From contig JBHGNT010000006.1 in the NCBI GenBank assembly GCA_043228905.1, positions 7,564,001 through 7,628,000 on the forward strand: a stretch of DNA of 64,000 bases. Direction: 5' to 3'. Positions 23,957-36,337 of the stretch are shown one piece after another. How positions within the stretch are numbered: position 1 is the stretch's first letter; every line of letters starts with the position of its first letter. Source of the DNA: Azolla caroliniana. Its lineage: Eukaryota > Plantae > Polypodiophyta. Below the pieces are notes generated by a model that saw nothing but the letters and a program-made list of their open reading frames with translations, ran no database searches and had not been told where the DNA came from. The position numbers were made by a program, and so were the translations under genes.

Positions 23957-25134
23957 TCACACTATGCCGAGGGCTCTGGGCAAGCCCAAACGGGCCTTGC
24001 CTTCGTAATGAAGAACAAAGCCAACTCGATGAAGATGAGCACCTCCATCCCGAACGAGGTGTGGTATGTGGATTCCGGAGCTTCGAACCACATGATGAAC
24101 CATAAGGAGTGGTTGGTTCTCAACGCTCGAGAAGCCAGAATAACTGGGGTTCGTAGAAACCGGGGACGACACCCCTCATCCCATCGAACACATAGGAGAC
24201 ACCCCTTTGAGACATCATGTTGACCAAAAATGAATAATGAGGAACGTTCTGCACATACCGATGATCACCAAGAACCTAGTGTCGATCGGACAGATAGTCA
24301 ACCAAGGTATGCGGGTTCAATTCACTCATCATGGGTGTTGAATTGAAGAGGACGATAAAACCATTGCGCAAGGGTGTTGAGAAGGGAGGATGTTTATCCT
24401 CAAGACAAACGATGTCAGGATCACTATGTTCGCCAAAGGGCAAAAGGTCGAGTCTGATGTTGACCCATGGCACAAACGGTTCAGCCACGTGAACTTCCCA
24501 TGGTGAAAAACATCATTTCCAGCTTGCCAAAATTCAGTGGTTGAAAGGGTCTAGTCTGTGAAGATAGCCAGTTAGGGAAGCATCATTGGTTTCATTTCCC
24601 CAATGAGCGAAATCGGAGCCTTAATAAGCTCGATTTAAGCCATTCAGATGTGTGGGGACCGACATAGAATGTGAGTCTAGGCGGGAGTCAATCCTTCGTC
24701 TCCTTCATTGACGATTATAGGCGACACACTTGGATTTACCTTATAGAGAAGAAGAGTGATGTCTTCTCCTATTTTTGGAACTTGAAGAATTTAGTCGAAA
24801 GGGACACAGAGAGGAAAATCAAGTGTCTGCGGTTGGATGGTGGAAAAGAATACTTTTCCAACCAGTTCAGAGCATGCCCAAGTTCTACTAGGCCGAAGCG
24901 GTGCTCAAACAAGCACGTACCTTCAAAATCAAACATTTGCATCTAGAGGAAAAGTGTAGCCACATGAGTTGTACTTCAGGAAGAAGTCGAACTTGGCACA
25001 ATTAAGGGTGTTCAACAACATAACATATGTGGATGTGCTAAAGGAGAAGCAGAGGAAGTTGGACGCCAAAGCCGAGAAATGTATCTTGGTCGGCTACTAG
25101 GATGAGCAAAAGGGTTATAAGTGTTATAACCCCC

Positions 25135-28100
25135 TGTGAATGTTAATGTGCGAAAGTGTCAGACAGAACCGGCTCACCCGGATAGCAACAGAAAATGAGA
25201 TGAAGGTTTAATGGAAAAGCTTCAAACACAGAGGAGATAGAGAGAGCAGAACATAAAACTATATTAAAAAATTAACTCTAAAACTCTGTCCATACAATGT
25301 GCTAAACAACACTATTTATACAAGTCCATAAAGTACTGACAGGTACTTCAATGCTCACACGTGCGACTGACACTAACTACGAGACAATGATTACCTAGTA
25401 GTCTAGGCTACTACTAGGCTTCCAGTTCCCGCTTGAATCCGACTCTCCAATCCGGCCGGTTGTTTCCGGATACCATCCAGATATCGATCCGGCTCATCCT
25501 TCCAGATGCCGATCCGGTTCAGGCTTATTCAGCCGATCCGGATCCGGTTGAGCTTGCTCGCTCAACATTCCCCATCAAGCTCAACTTGAGGTTGGATCGT
25601 GGTGTTAGTGTCTGCGGCGGCCGGTTCTTCTACCTGGCTCCTTCTAGCGTTGCTCCTCCTCGCTCGCGTTCCTCGTCCAGTCCGGTCTTGTTTGCCGCGA
25701 CCCTTCTGGTTCTGCGCACCTCGACCTCCTCAGTCGGCTTGTCTGCTCAACAGGCCCATTTCAGCTCCCTCGCTGTTGCGACTCTGACGCTTGTCGACCC
25801 GTCGGTTCCTTCGTGTTGGCGTCGACTTTTGTTGCGTCCGTGTCCGCTTGGTCTTTAGTTGATCCGGCTTCTTCGAATCTTGAACCGAATCGGTTTCCTT
25901 CGATTCGTTTCGGCTCTTGTCCGAGTCGGTGTCCTCCAACTCGTCTTCTAGTTTTAGGCCCTTCACCACACCGAACCACGTCCGGGTCTTGGCCGTTTTC
26001 TTCCGGTCGACTTTGTCCTTCTTGACTCTGCCTCCGCTGCCGCTTGTTCCGACCTTTTCGAATGTGCCGACTCCTTTTGTCAGCTCGACTTCCTTTTTCC
26101 TCTTGTCTCCCCCTTTGTTGGTTCTTTCTTCCTCTTCGGCTCCTTGTCCGGTGCCATCCGTTCCCTTTCCTTTTCTCCACCTCAAGTGCAACACGTCGAG
26201 ATGCTGAACACCAAGCATTTCGGTGAAGTTCTACAACATGTCCGATCCGAGCGGTTTGGTGAAGATATCGGCAATTTGCCGATCCGTCTAGACATACTGA
26301 AGTTCTACTTCACCGCTCAAAACCCACTCACGCACAAAGTGATAGTGGACTTCTATGTGCTTCGTCCGAGCATGGAACGCAGGGTGCTTGGCGAGCTGAA
26401 TGCTGCTTACGTTGTCACAATAGAGCAAGATCGGGGTCGGGACCTCAAGCCACAGGTCTTGCAACAATCACTGAAGCCCGATGGCTTCACATGTGGCATT
26501 GGTAGAGGCCCGATATTCAGCCTCAGTGCTCGATAGAGCCACTGTTGGCTGCTTTTTGCTGTTCCACGCAACAGTCGCGTTACCCAGAGAAAACATGTAA
26601 CCGGAGGTGGATCAGCGATCCAATGCATCACCAGCCCAGTCGACATCTGTATATCTGACTACTTCTTCGGTTATACCATGCTAGTATAACAATCCCCGGT
26701 CCTTCGTGTCACTCACATACCAGAGTATCTGATGTGTGCACTGAAGGTGCTCGACGGTCGGCTTTGCATGAACTGGCTGATCACTTCGACCGGGTAACTG
26801 AGGTCGGGTCGAGTGATTGTCAAGTATATCAGGCATCCAACGATTTTTCGGAACCGTGTTTCATCATCGGCTGGTTCGGATACGGGACAACGCTTCTAGG
26901 TTCAGTCCAGGGGTATGGAGACAGGTCGGCACTCCGTCATGCTGAACTTGTACAACATATTTAACACATAGTGTCGTTGTGAGAGCACGATGCCGTCGGG
27001 GGTTTGGATCACCTTGATCCCAAGAAAATAATGAAGGTCCCCCAGGTCCTTCATGTCAAATGCGTCTGATAGCTGGGACTTTACTCGACCGATTTCATTG
27101 AGTCCGGGTCCGATGATGACTAAATTATCAACATAAAGTAGGATGCAAACCGGACTATCCAGACCTTTCCGGATGAACAACAACGAGTCGGATTTAGAGG
27201 TCACAAACCCCATCTTACGCAACTGGTGCGTGATCTTCGTATTCCAAGCTCGGGGGGCTTGTTTCAGACCGTAAAGCGACTTCTTGAGCATGCACACCGC
27301 CGACTTGTTCATCTCCGGCTGAAAACTGGGAGGTTGGATCATATAGACCCGTTCTTCAAGGTCACCTTGAAGAAACACATTCTTCACGTCCATCTGGTGA
27401 AGAGGCCACCCCCTTACTGCAACAACCGCCAATACCACACGAACCGTCGTCGTCTTCGCTACCGGGGCGAAGGTCTCGTCGTAATCTATTCCCTGGGTCT
27501 GTGCATATCCCTTCGCCACTAACCGGGCCTTGTACCGGTTAACCGAACCGTCGACATTGTACTTTACCTTGTACACTCATTTCCAACCGATCGGTTTACA
27601 GTGTCGGGGAGGGTCAATGAGGTCCTATGTGTCGTTGGCATCTAGTGCCTGCATTTCTTCCTCCATAGCGGCGCGCCAATTTGCGTCCTTTGCCGCTTCT
27701 GCGTAGCTCTCCGGCTCACCCACTTCCGCCACTTTGGTCATGTACGCATAATGATGCACCATGTACTCATTGTACCTGTACCGCGTAACGAGGTTCTTCA
27801 AACAGGAAGACCAATGTAACTTGGTATTACCCGGTTTGGGGCCCTTCTTGGCTAGGTCGAACTTCGTTCCCGAAGATCCGCCTTCATCCTTTCTGGAGTC
27901 GGATTCGCTCCGATCCGACTCAACAGTTCCGGTTTCGTATTCCGGCATCTTCTTCTTCCCCTTCTCTTTGCACGTGAACCGACTCCTCGGTTCCTTGCAC
28001 GGGGAGAGCATGACAGAGTCTCCACTACTCGCCGGTTCCTCATCCGACTAGTCATCCCGACTCAGTCGCTCATTCAGTCCACTTAGCCAGAATGAGATCG

Positions 28101-30976
28101 AACTCTCTTCTAGAGTGTCGAAGTCTTCATCTTCTACGTGGACCTCCTCAGGCTCACTAGCCTTATCTTCCGAAATCAGGTCTTCGTCGGGAGTTGGAGT
28201 CAGTAAGGAGTACCATGATAACGTCTCATCAAACTCGACATCTCGGCTTAATCAGACCTGCTTAGTCCGGGGGTTATAACACTTATACCCCTTTTGCTCA
28301 TGCGAGTAACCGACTAGAATGCACTTCTCCGACTTCGGATCCAGCTTCCTCCGCTTCTCATCCGGTATATGCACATATGCTATGCTACCGAATATACGAA
28401 GGCGTCTCAAATTCGGCTTTCGCACGAAATACAGCTCGTGTGCTGACACCTTGTCACCGATCCGGTTTTGGATGTAGACGACCGTCTGGATCGCCTCGGC
28501 CCAGTAGAAATGGGGCATGCTCTTCTCCTCCAGCATTGCCCTTGGCACGTTGACAACCGACCGGTTCTTCCTTTCGGCCACACCGTTTTGCTCTGGTGTG
28601 TACCTGCAACTGAATTCTCTCTGAATTCCGTTCTGCTGCAGATAACTGTTGAATTGGTCGAAAAAGTATTCTTTCCCGCCATCTGATCGTAGGCACTTGA
28701 TCTTCCTCTCTGTTTCCCGTTCAACCAAGCTTTTAAGGTTCCGGAAACCTCGAAGACTTCGCTCTTCCTCTCGATTAGGTAGATCCATGTGTGCCAGTTG
28801 TAGTCGTCGATGATGGAGACGAAATACCGACTCCCGCCAAGACTAACGTTTTGTGCCGGTCCCCATACATCCAAATGGATTAAATCGAGCTTGTTATTGC
28901 TCCGGTTTCGATTGGTGGGGAATGGAAGCCGGTGTTGCTTCCCGAGTTGGCAGGCTTCACAAATTTCGACCTTCTAGCTGCTAAATTTTGGCAAACCGAA
29001 AACGACTTGTTTCAATTGCAGGTCTTTGAAGCCTCTGATAATTGACGTGGCCAATCCGCTTGTGCCACAGGTCGATGTCCGATTCGACCTTCTGCCCTTT
29101 TGCAAACATAGCGGTGCCGACATCATTAGTGTTGAGGATGAACATCCTCCCGTCTCTGCACCCTTCCACAATTATCCGGCCCTCTTCCTCGATGAAGCAC
29201 CCTAGGTGCGTAAACCGCACCTGCATCCCTGGTCGATGATTTGTCCAACTGACACCATGTTCTTTGTGATAGTCTGAACGTGTAGTACGTTCATAAGTTT
29301 CCCCTTTTGTTAGACATGGCTTAAAGGGACTTCTCTGACATGCACAATCAGGTGAGGGGTGTTGTCTCCGGTTTCGACAATCCCCGGTTGTTCCGGTTTC
29401 TCCAAAAAAGAGAACCACTCTTCATGGTTCGTCATGTGGTTGGACACTCCGGAATCAACACACCATACTTCCTCCGATCCAGAAGTAGTCTTCTTCACCG
29501 AGTTAGCCTTGTGCTTCATCACAAAGGCTGGCCCTTTACCGGTTTTCCCAGTTCTGGATCCTTCCGATCCTTCCGCGTAGTGTGAGCTTTGCCGGTTCTC
29601 CCGACCGGTTTTGCCGGATCTGGATCTGTCCGAATCTGCACGCTTCTTCCAACACTCGCTTTCCCTGTGGCCCTTTTTGGCACAGTACCAACATTCCGTG
29701 TCGGCCTTTCCTTGCCGGTTCCCGGCGCCGCTTTGACTCCCCCTGCTTGTGGAGGGCCCGGAACTGTTGTCGATACATCCTCTATGCCTCCGGTCCTATT
29801 CTTGTTGGCCGCCTCCATTGCGTGCCGACACACCACGTCCATGGGGCCGATCTGTCTCCGTGTACAACATCCGGCTATCTGATTGAATGGTCCTTGACCC
29901 ACTCGCGTGGTTTTCTTCGACCATCATCATCGATTGCAAGTCGAAGAAGGACAGTGGTTTCTCCCGGGTGCAGATTGCTGTCTGGATTGGCCTGTACCTT
30001 TGCGCTAGACCACCGAGGTAGATTTGTACCATCTCGTCTTCGTCCACTGTCACATTGATGGACCCGAGTGCGTCGCAAATCTCCTTTATCTTGGTGGTGT
30101 AGTTCGTAACTGACATGTCTCTTTGCCGGATGTTGTTCAGCTCTTGTCGGAGCTGCAACTTACGAGTTGTGGTACTTGCGGCGAAAATCTTCCGTAGATT
30201 TTCCTAGGCCTCCTTCGACGTCTTTGCATCCTTGATGTAGCTGAGCATTTGATCATGCACACCGGATACAAGACAATACAGTACCCGACTCGCTCCTTGC
30301 TCCCATACTGGGAAGTCTTTGTGTGACGGCTCTAGTGCTACTTCATTTGTTCCTTCCACGAAACTCCAATATCCATGCCCCAGCAGGTTCTGGTGCATTT
30401 TATATGACCAGGACGCATAGTTGCTCCGGTCGGGCTTCTCTGTTGGAAGTGAACTCGTCATTCCTCTGTCCATATCTTCACTCTATTTGTTGTTACCGGG
30501 TTCTAGGGTTCGTTTACGGAATGAAGGGTCAGCTGCAGAGGTTCTCAACCCTAGCACTCTGATACCATGTGAATGGTAATGTGCGGAAGCATCAGACAGA
30601 ACCGGCTCACTTGGATAGCATCAAAAAATGAGATGAAGGTTTAATGGAAAAGCTTCAAACACAGAGGAGACAGAGATAGTTGAACATAAAACTATATTAA
30701 AAAATTAACTCTAAAACTCTGTCCGTACAACGTGCTAAACAACACTATTTATACAAGTCCATAAAGGGCTGACAGAAGTACTAACAGGTACTTCAATGCT
30801 CACACGTGCGACTGACACTAACTATGAGACAATGATTACCTAATAGTCTAGGCTACTACTAGGCTTCTGGTTCTCGCTCGAATCCGGCTCCTTGATCCGG
30901 CCGGTTGTTTCTGGATATCGATCCGGTTCAGGCTTATTCAGCTGATCCGGATTCGGTTGAGCTTGCTCGCTCAACA
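25135..30976 (-). mobile_element. Copia element C, full length and decayed, inserted in the integrase of B
   Basis: LTRs 30568-30976 and 25135-25567; TSD CCCCC; PBS TGGTATCAGAGT (30556-30567); gag (MDRGMTSSLPTEK), PR, IN, RT and RH fragments in the ORF track. Confidence 0.95.
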
Positions 30977-31477
30977 CCCCCGAACCAAAGATGTGCGAGT
31001 AAGCTTAGATGTCATGTTCGACGAATCAGCTTCGTGGTACCAACCTCCGACCTATCCGACCGCCATGGACTCCATACTGAATTCTAGAGATGAGGCCAAT
31101 GAGGCCAACCTCATGGTTGAGGAAGAAATCGGCATTCTTGAGGAGAGTCTAATTTCATTTTGGCGAAGTGGGCCGAATGAGGGACTAAGTCGAAACAACC
31201 AGTCAAATGACGAGCCGGTGAGAGATGGAGACTCGGTCGTGCAATCTCCGTGAATGAAGTTGAGGAGATGGCCTACCCGCAAGGAGAAAGGGAAGAAGTA
31301 GATGCCAGGATACAACACAAATGCAGGCACATTGGATTGAAGTGAATTTGATGGGGCCATGAGCAAAGATGGACCCCCGGAGTTGAGGTCAGAATTGGCC
31401 AGAAGGGCCTTGAAGATGGCCAATGAAAGGTTGCGTTGGTCATCTCGCCAAACGAACCTTGTCATCAAGTACGGGTA

Positions 31478-32562
31478 TGTTGGGTAAAACCAAGTCCCTC
31501 CCGATGGGATGAGCCAAATCGAAGAGCACGCTTGGCCGAGACCGAAAATCGATTTCCCGAAACCGAAATCAAGAATTGTTTATACCACTAATTCAGAAGA
31601 CTGTATTTGTAAATAGTCCAAATGTGCCATTTGTGGGCCATGCTTGTAAATAGCCAGAAAGTTGTATAGTTAGAGAAGGTCGTTGCCTCTATAACTTAGG
31701 TGAGAGAGTTTGTGTGAGTGTAACTCTGTAACCATCAGACGGACAAATAAAATCTCAAGGTTGTTGCTTCCGAGTGCTTTATTGTGCCTCCTCTCTTATA
31801 GTGATATGTTTGAAGTTAGTGGACTCCACGTGGTTTTACCCGATTCGGGTTTTCCTTGTTAAATATCTATGTCTCATTTTTGAGTTTCTCATTTTCAATT
31901 TTCTCTTCTGTCTGATCATTACCTTGCTTGTTTTCTTTGCACCCAAACACCTATCCGTGAGCATAACCGGTTGTGGCCAGTCACGATCCTAACAAAGTGG
32001 TATCCGATTCGGGTTTTCCTTGTTAAATATCTATGTCTCATTTTTGAGTTTCTCATTTTCAATTTTCTCTTCTGTCTGATCATTACCTTGCTTGTTTTCT
32101 TTGCACCCAAACACCTATCCGTGAGCATAACCGGTTGTGGCCAGTCACGATCCTAACAAAGTGGTATCAGAGCGATGGAAGACTCGTTCGGCGGCATGTT
32201 CAAGTTAACTGGCTCCAACTACTCAGTGTGGAAGTTGAAGATGAGAGACAAGCTCCTATTGAAAGACCTCTGGTTGTCGGTGTAGTTCGGAGATAAAAAT
32301 CCAAACAAGATCGATGCGACGACTTGGGAAGTGTTGCATCTGAAGGCGGCCACATATATAAGGTGTTTTCTAGACATGAGTGTGTACAACAACTTCGGTG
32401 AAGAAATTGAAGTTGATGTCCTGTGGAAGAAGATTGGCGTTATGTTCGAAAACAAGAACGTTGTGAACAGAGTCTCAGTTTTTAGAAAAATTGTGAGACT
32501 CTAGTATCAAGATGGCTCCAACATGGTGGAGCATATTAATGCATTTGAAGGACTGATGAATC
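31478..32562 (+). mobile_element. Copia element D (Tork/Tnt1-like): 5' LTR, PBS and gag start, truncated by E
   Basis: LTR TGTTGGG..CCTAACA (31478-32158); PBS TGGTATCAGAGC 32162-32173; gag MEDSFGGMFKLTGSNYSVWKLKMRD from 32175. Confidence 0.85.
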
Positions 32563-32817
32563 TGTTGAGAGTCGAAATCAACTTCCCATAATAATAGGTT
32601 TCACACTAGCTCATGGTTATACCAAGCTAGTTTTGTAAATAATAGAAAGGGCACTTGCCTTATTTTAGTTGGTATTTAAACCAACCCCATGTAACTTAGT
32701 TACTGTTGGAAGTATTTTGGTTAATGTAATATAGAATCTTTTATCTCTGTTTGTCTGTTTGTCTCATGGGCCAAATTTGGCCTTAGAAGACGTTAATATA
32801 TCTTTCTTTCTTTCTCT

Positions 32818-35800
32818 CGTGCCACATGGACCTTCCTCATATGAACCTCTATCGGATGACATAATCTGATATACTTCCCAAGGAGAAGTATTCATTGTAG
32901 GAGACTTTAATGCGAGAACCCAATCCCGACAGTGCACAATATTTCAAATGAATAGAAACCTAGAAATGGTAAATGTCAATCCTTTAGACATAGGCACCAC
33001 ACGTAGATCAAAGGATCAAGGTGCGGATGCCACGAGCTTTGGTCATCATTTGCTCGAACTTGGCAGTCGACACCAGATGGTCATATATAATGGTTTAGCC
33101 AAGTGGCCAGGTTCGGAAGAGCTCACATGTTTCCCACATGGAGGAGGGGAAAGCACAATTGATTATCTAATAGGACACCTTGAAGCTACCCACATGATTA
33201 ACTCCTTCCGAGTGGCCCCATGTCCTATTGGCGCGGACCATAGTTTCTTATACTTTGAGCTAAAATGCGATATCTCTAACGTCACCAACTCTAGTCAACC
33301 ACGCCATGACATCACAATACATTTCACACATGAGCTCGCTGACATATATGCTCGACATGTTCAAGCCCATCTCTCCTCCCTTGATCCCTCCCTACCTTTA
33401 GAGAGCCTTAGTACGAAACTCACACACATCCTTCACTCTACAGCAGTTAGCAGTTCCCATACACGAAACACTCCAATCAAGGTAAAGTAGGATCTATGCC
33501 ACAAAATAGATGGTATGATGAGGATTGTAGGTGCTTACATAGACAACTTACAATATCGCAACTTAGTGGTAGTATTACCTCAGTACAAGCTCGTAAAGAA
33601 ATGTGCAAGACGAGCATGGGCGGCATCCCAATATTGGGAACTCTACCATATGCTCATGAGTAGCGATTGTGCCACTGCATGGAAGAGATTACGGGAACCA
33701 AGACCACAAACACCCATCGAAGATCCCGAAACTTGGCACACTTATACAGAGAGACTTTACCAAATCCCAAACCAACCACCCATTCCAATGCCTTCTACAC
33801 CCCGACCTACTGTGGGGACACTCTTCACGACCTCTAGGGTCACGACGGTCATAAAGAAATTACAACATAGGAAGTCCATGGACCACACAGGATTGCGAGC
33901 AGAACACATCATATATGTGAGAGAGTGCCTAGCTCCCTTGCTAACTCTAATCTTCAATCGCGCCCTCGCAGAGGGTTTTCCACCACAATGGACCATGAAC
34001 ACAATGGCCCCCATACATAAAGGGGGGGACCCCATGGACCCAAATACTTATAGGACCATTATGATAGGTCATACCCTTGCTAAATTATATGGTGCAATAA
34101 TAGAGGCATAGCTTAGCAATTATATGGAGACCTTAAATCTTCGTGCACCTGAACAGGCTGGCTTTAGACGAGCCTTCTCCACTATTGATCATATCTTCAC
34201 ACTTAGATGCTTAATTGTCTAGACTAAGGCTTGCAAGAAGAAACTATATTGTTGTTTTGTGGACTTCTGCAAAGCCTTTGACACGGTCCCTAGAGAGCGG
34301 TTGTTTGATAGGCTTAAGAGCTTGAGGATACCAGATGACATGGTTTGGGCCATCTACGCACTATATGAACAAGTGTCCAGGTGTGTTCGATGCCCAGGTG
34401 GCATATCCAATAGTTTCACTAGCACTATTGGTGTAAAACAAGGTTGCCCCTTATCTCCGGCTCTTTTTGGGATCTACATTGTTGAGATCATAGATTTTAT
34501 TGCTCGTACGGGAGGCAATGGAGTAGTCCTTGAGGATACGCATGTGCGTATCTTGCTCTATGCAGACGACATAGTTTTGCTCTCTGAATCCGAACACGAC
34601 CTACAAAGGCACCTTAATGCCTTAGATGACTTTTGCACACAATGAGGATTGGTAGTGAATCTAGGGGAAACTAAAGTCATTATCTTCCACATGTTAGCCC
34701 AAGTTAGAGCTAAGTTTCACCTAACTATCTCCCATAGCCCAGTTGAGGTGGTTGGATCATATGTCTATCTCGGAGTCATTTTCAGTGCCCGCTCAGGTAA
34801 ATTTTCGATGACACAAGCAGCGAAGGATAGACTTACAAGAGGACATGCATCCCTCTCACTCCTCGAGAGACAATGCCACCAAGCATACTTCCAAGAGCCA
34901 CGAACTAAAGGGTAGCTCTTTGACTCATTAGTGACTCCCTCTCTCATGTATGCATCAACAGTTTGGGCTCCAGGACTACCATCTTTCATGTGGACGCAAT
35001 TAGAGAGACCATTGGTGATGATATTATCACGCCAACTCCGAAGCAAATCGTCGGTCCCACATGACATTATTAGGGCTGAGTTCACTCTACCCCTTATATT
35101 AGTAGAAGCACTTTTTCAACTTGTAGTCTTTATCCACAGTATACATAACCAACCACTTGATAGAATATCCCATCAAGCCTTTAAGGCTTCTCGAGCATTG
35201 TATGAGTCCGTCTATACTAGCTCATGGTATGGAATGATGGTGAGTTGGCTTCTTGCCAACGGTCTAGACATTAATAACCTCCCCCCCCTTAAGTACGACC
35301 ACACGACTGATAACACTTTAATCTCTCATGAGGATTGTAATAAAGTAATATGCCAAGAAATATGGCAAATTTATACTTGGTATAAATGGATCACCCCACT
35401 AGAGCCACTCCCATCTAAAATGTCATACTATAAGGAACACTTTATGCACTTCTCTAAGTTAGGTTTTATTACGCGTCCAAGATATCTAGATGTATTCTTA
35501 CCACATGCACTAAGGGTTGCCATTGGTCAACTTAGAATATCATCTCACCAACTTGAGATTGAGAATGGACGTACTAATGGAGTCCCTAGGGAGGAAAGGA
35601 TATGTAGGTTATGCCACATAGAGATAGAGGATGAGTACCATTTTACATCCAAATGCCCCACCTATGCCGAGATAAGGGCAAAATACCAAGACATACTTGG
35701 TTCCTCTCCCACCCTCCCTAAACTATTAGATACACTAGATATAAAGAAAATAGGTAGATACATCTTAGAATTGAAACACCACAGAGAGAATAAGTTACAA

Positions 35801-36285
35801 AACATTGATAATAATGTTGCTAATGTTTACCAACGTGTAACAAATGAAGTTTTTCAGGAACAGGGCGAGACAATGAATGTCGACACACCTGCACCACTCG
35901 GGCTTTTCCTTGATGAAGCAAAAAATCAAAGAAGAACCAAACGCCCTTGGATGCCGGGTTTCAAAGCAACTCGACGAGATGTAGAAGCAATAAAGAAAAT
36001 AAGGGAACGTGAACTACACCGCCTAGAAGCCATGGCTAGGGCACTCTATACACCGGGACCATGGGTCACACCCACACCAAAAACTTGAGACCTCCCACTT
36101 CTTTTTGAGAGACTTGGGTGGAAATGAGATTAGGCTTAGTGCAAAGTTTTGTACACTACTAGAACTCTCTAAGCTTAAGCTATTTTCTTTTATTTTAGTT
36201 TTGATGATTGGATAAACACTCATTTTTGTTGTAAACCAATTGTCTCATGGGCCAAATTTGGCCTCAGAATACGTTAATATATCTT

Positions 36286-36295
<10 letters not shown>
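32818..36295 (+). mobile_element. RTEX-type non-LTR retrotransposon (LINE 1), 5'-truncated in the APE domain
   Basis: GDFNART, STIDYL, GADH (APE); QAGFR, DFCKAFD, GVKQGCPLSP, LLYADD (RT); C-terminal LRISSHQLEIENGR..ICRLC..EDEYHF, which I associate with RTEX; 3' stem-loop and CT-rich tail. Confidence 0.85.

Positions 36296-36334
<39 letters not shown>

Positions 36335-36337
<3 letters not shown>

Noticed and set aside
32761-32791. Possible hammerhead ribozyme or Penelope pseudo-LTR
   Set aside because: Lacks the CUGANGA and GAAA core, and the element encodes an APE rather than a GIY-YIG endonuclease
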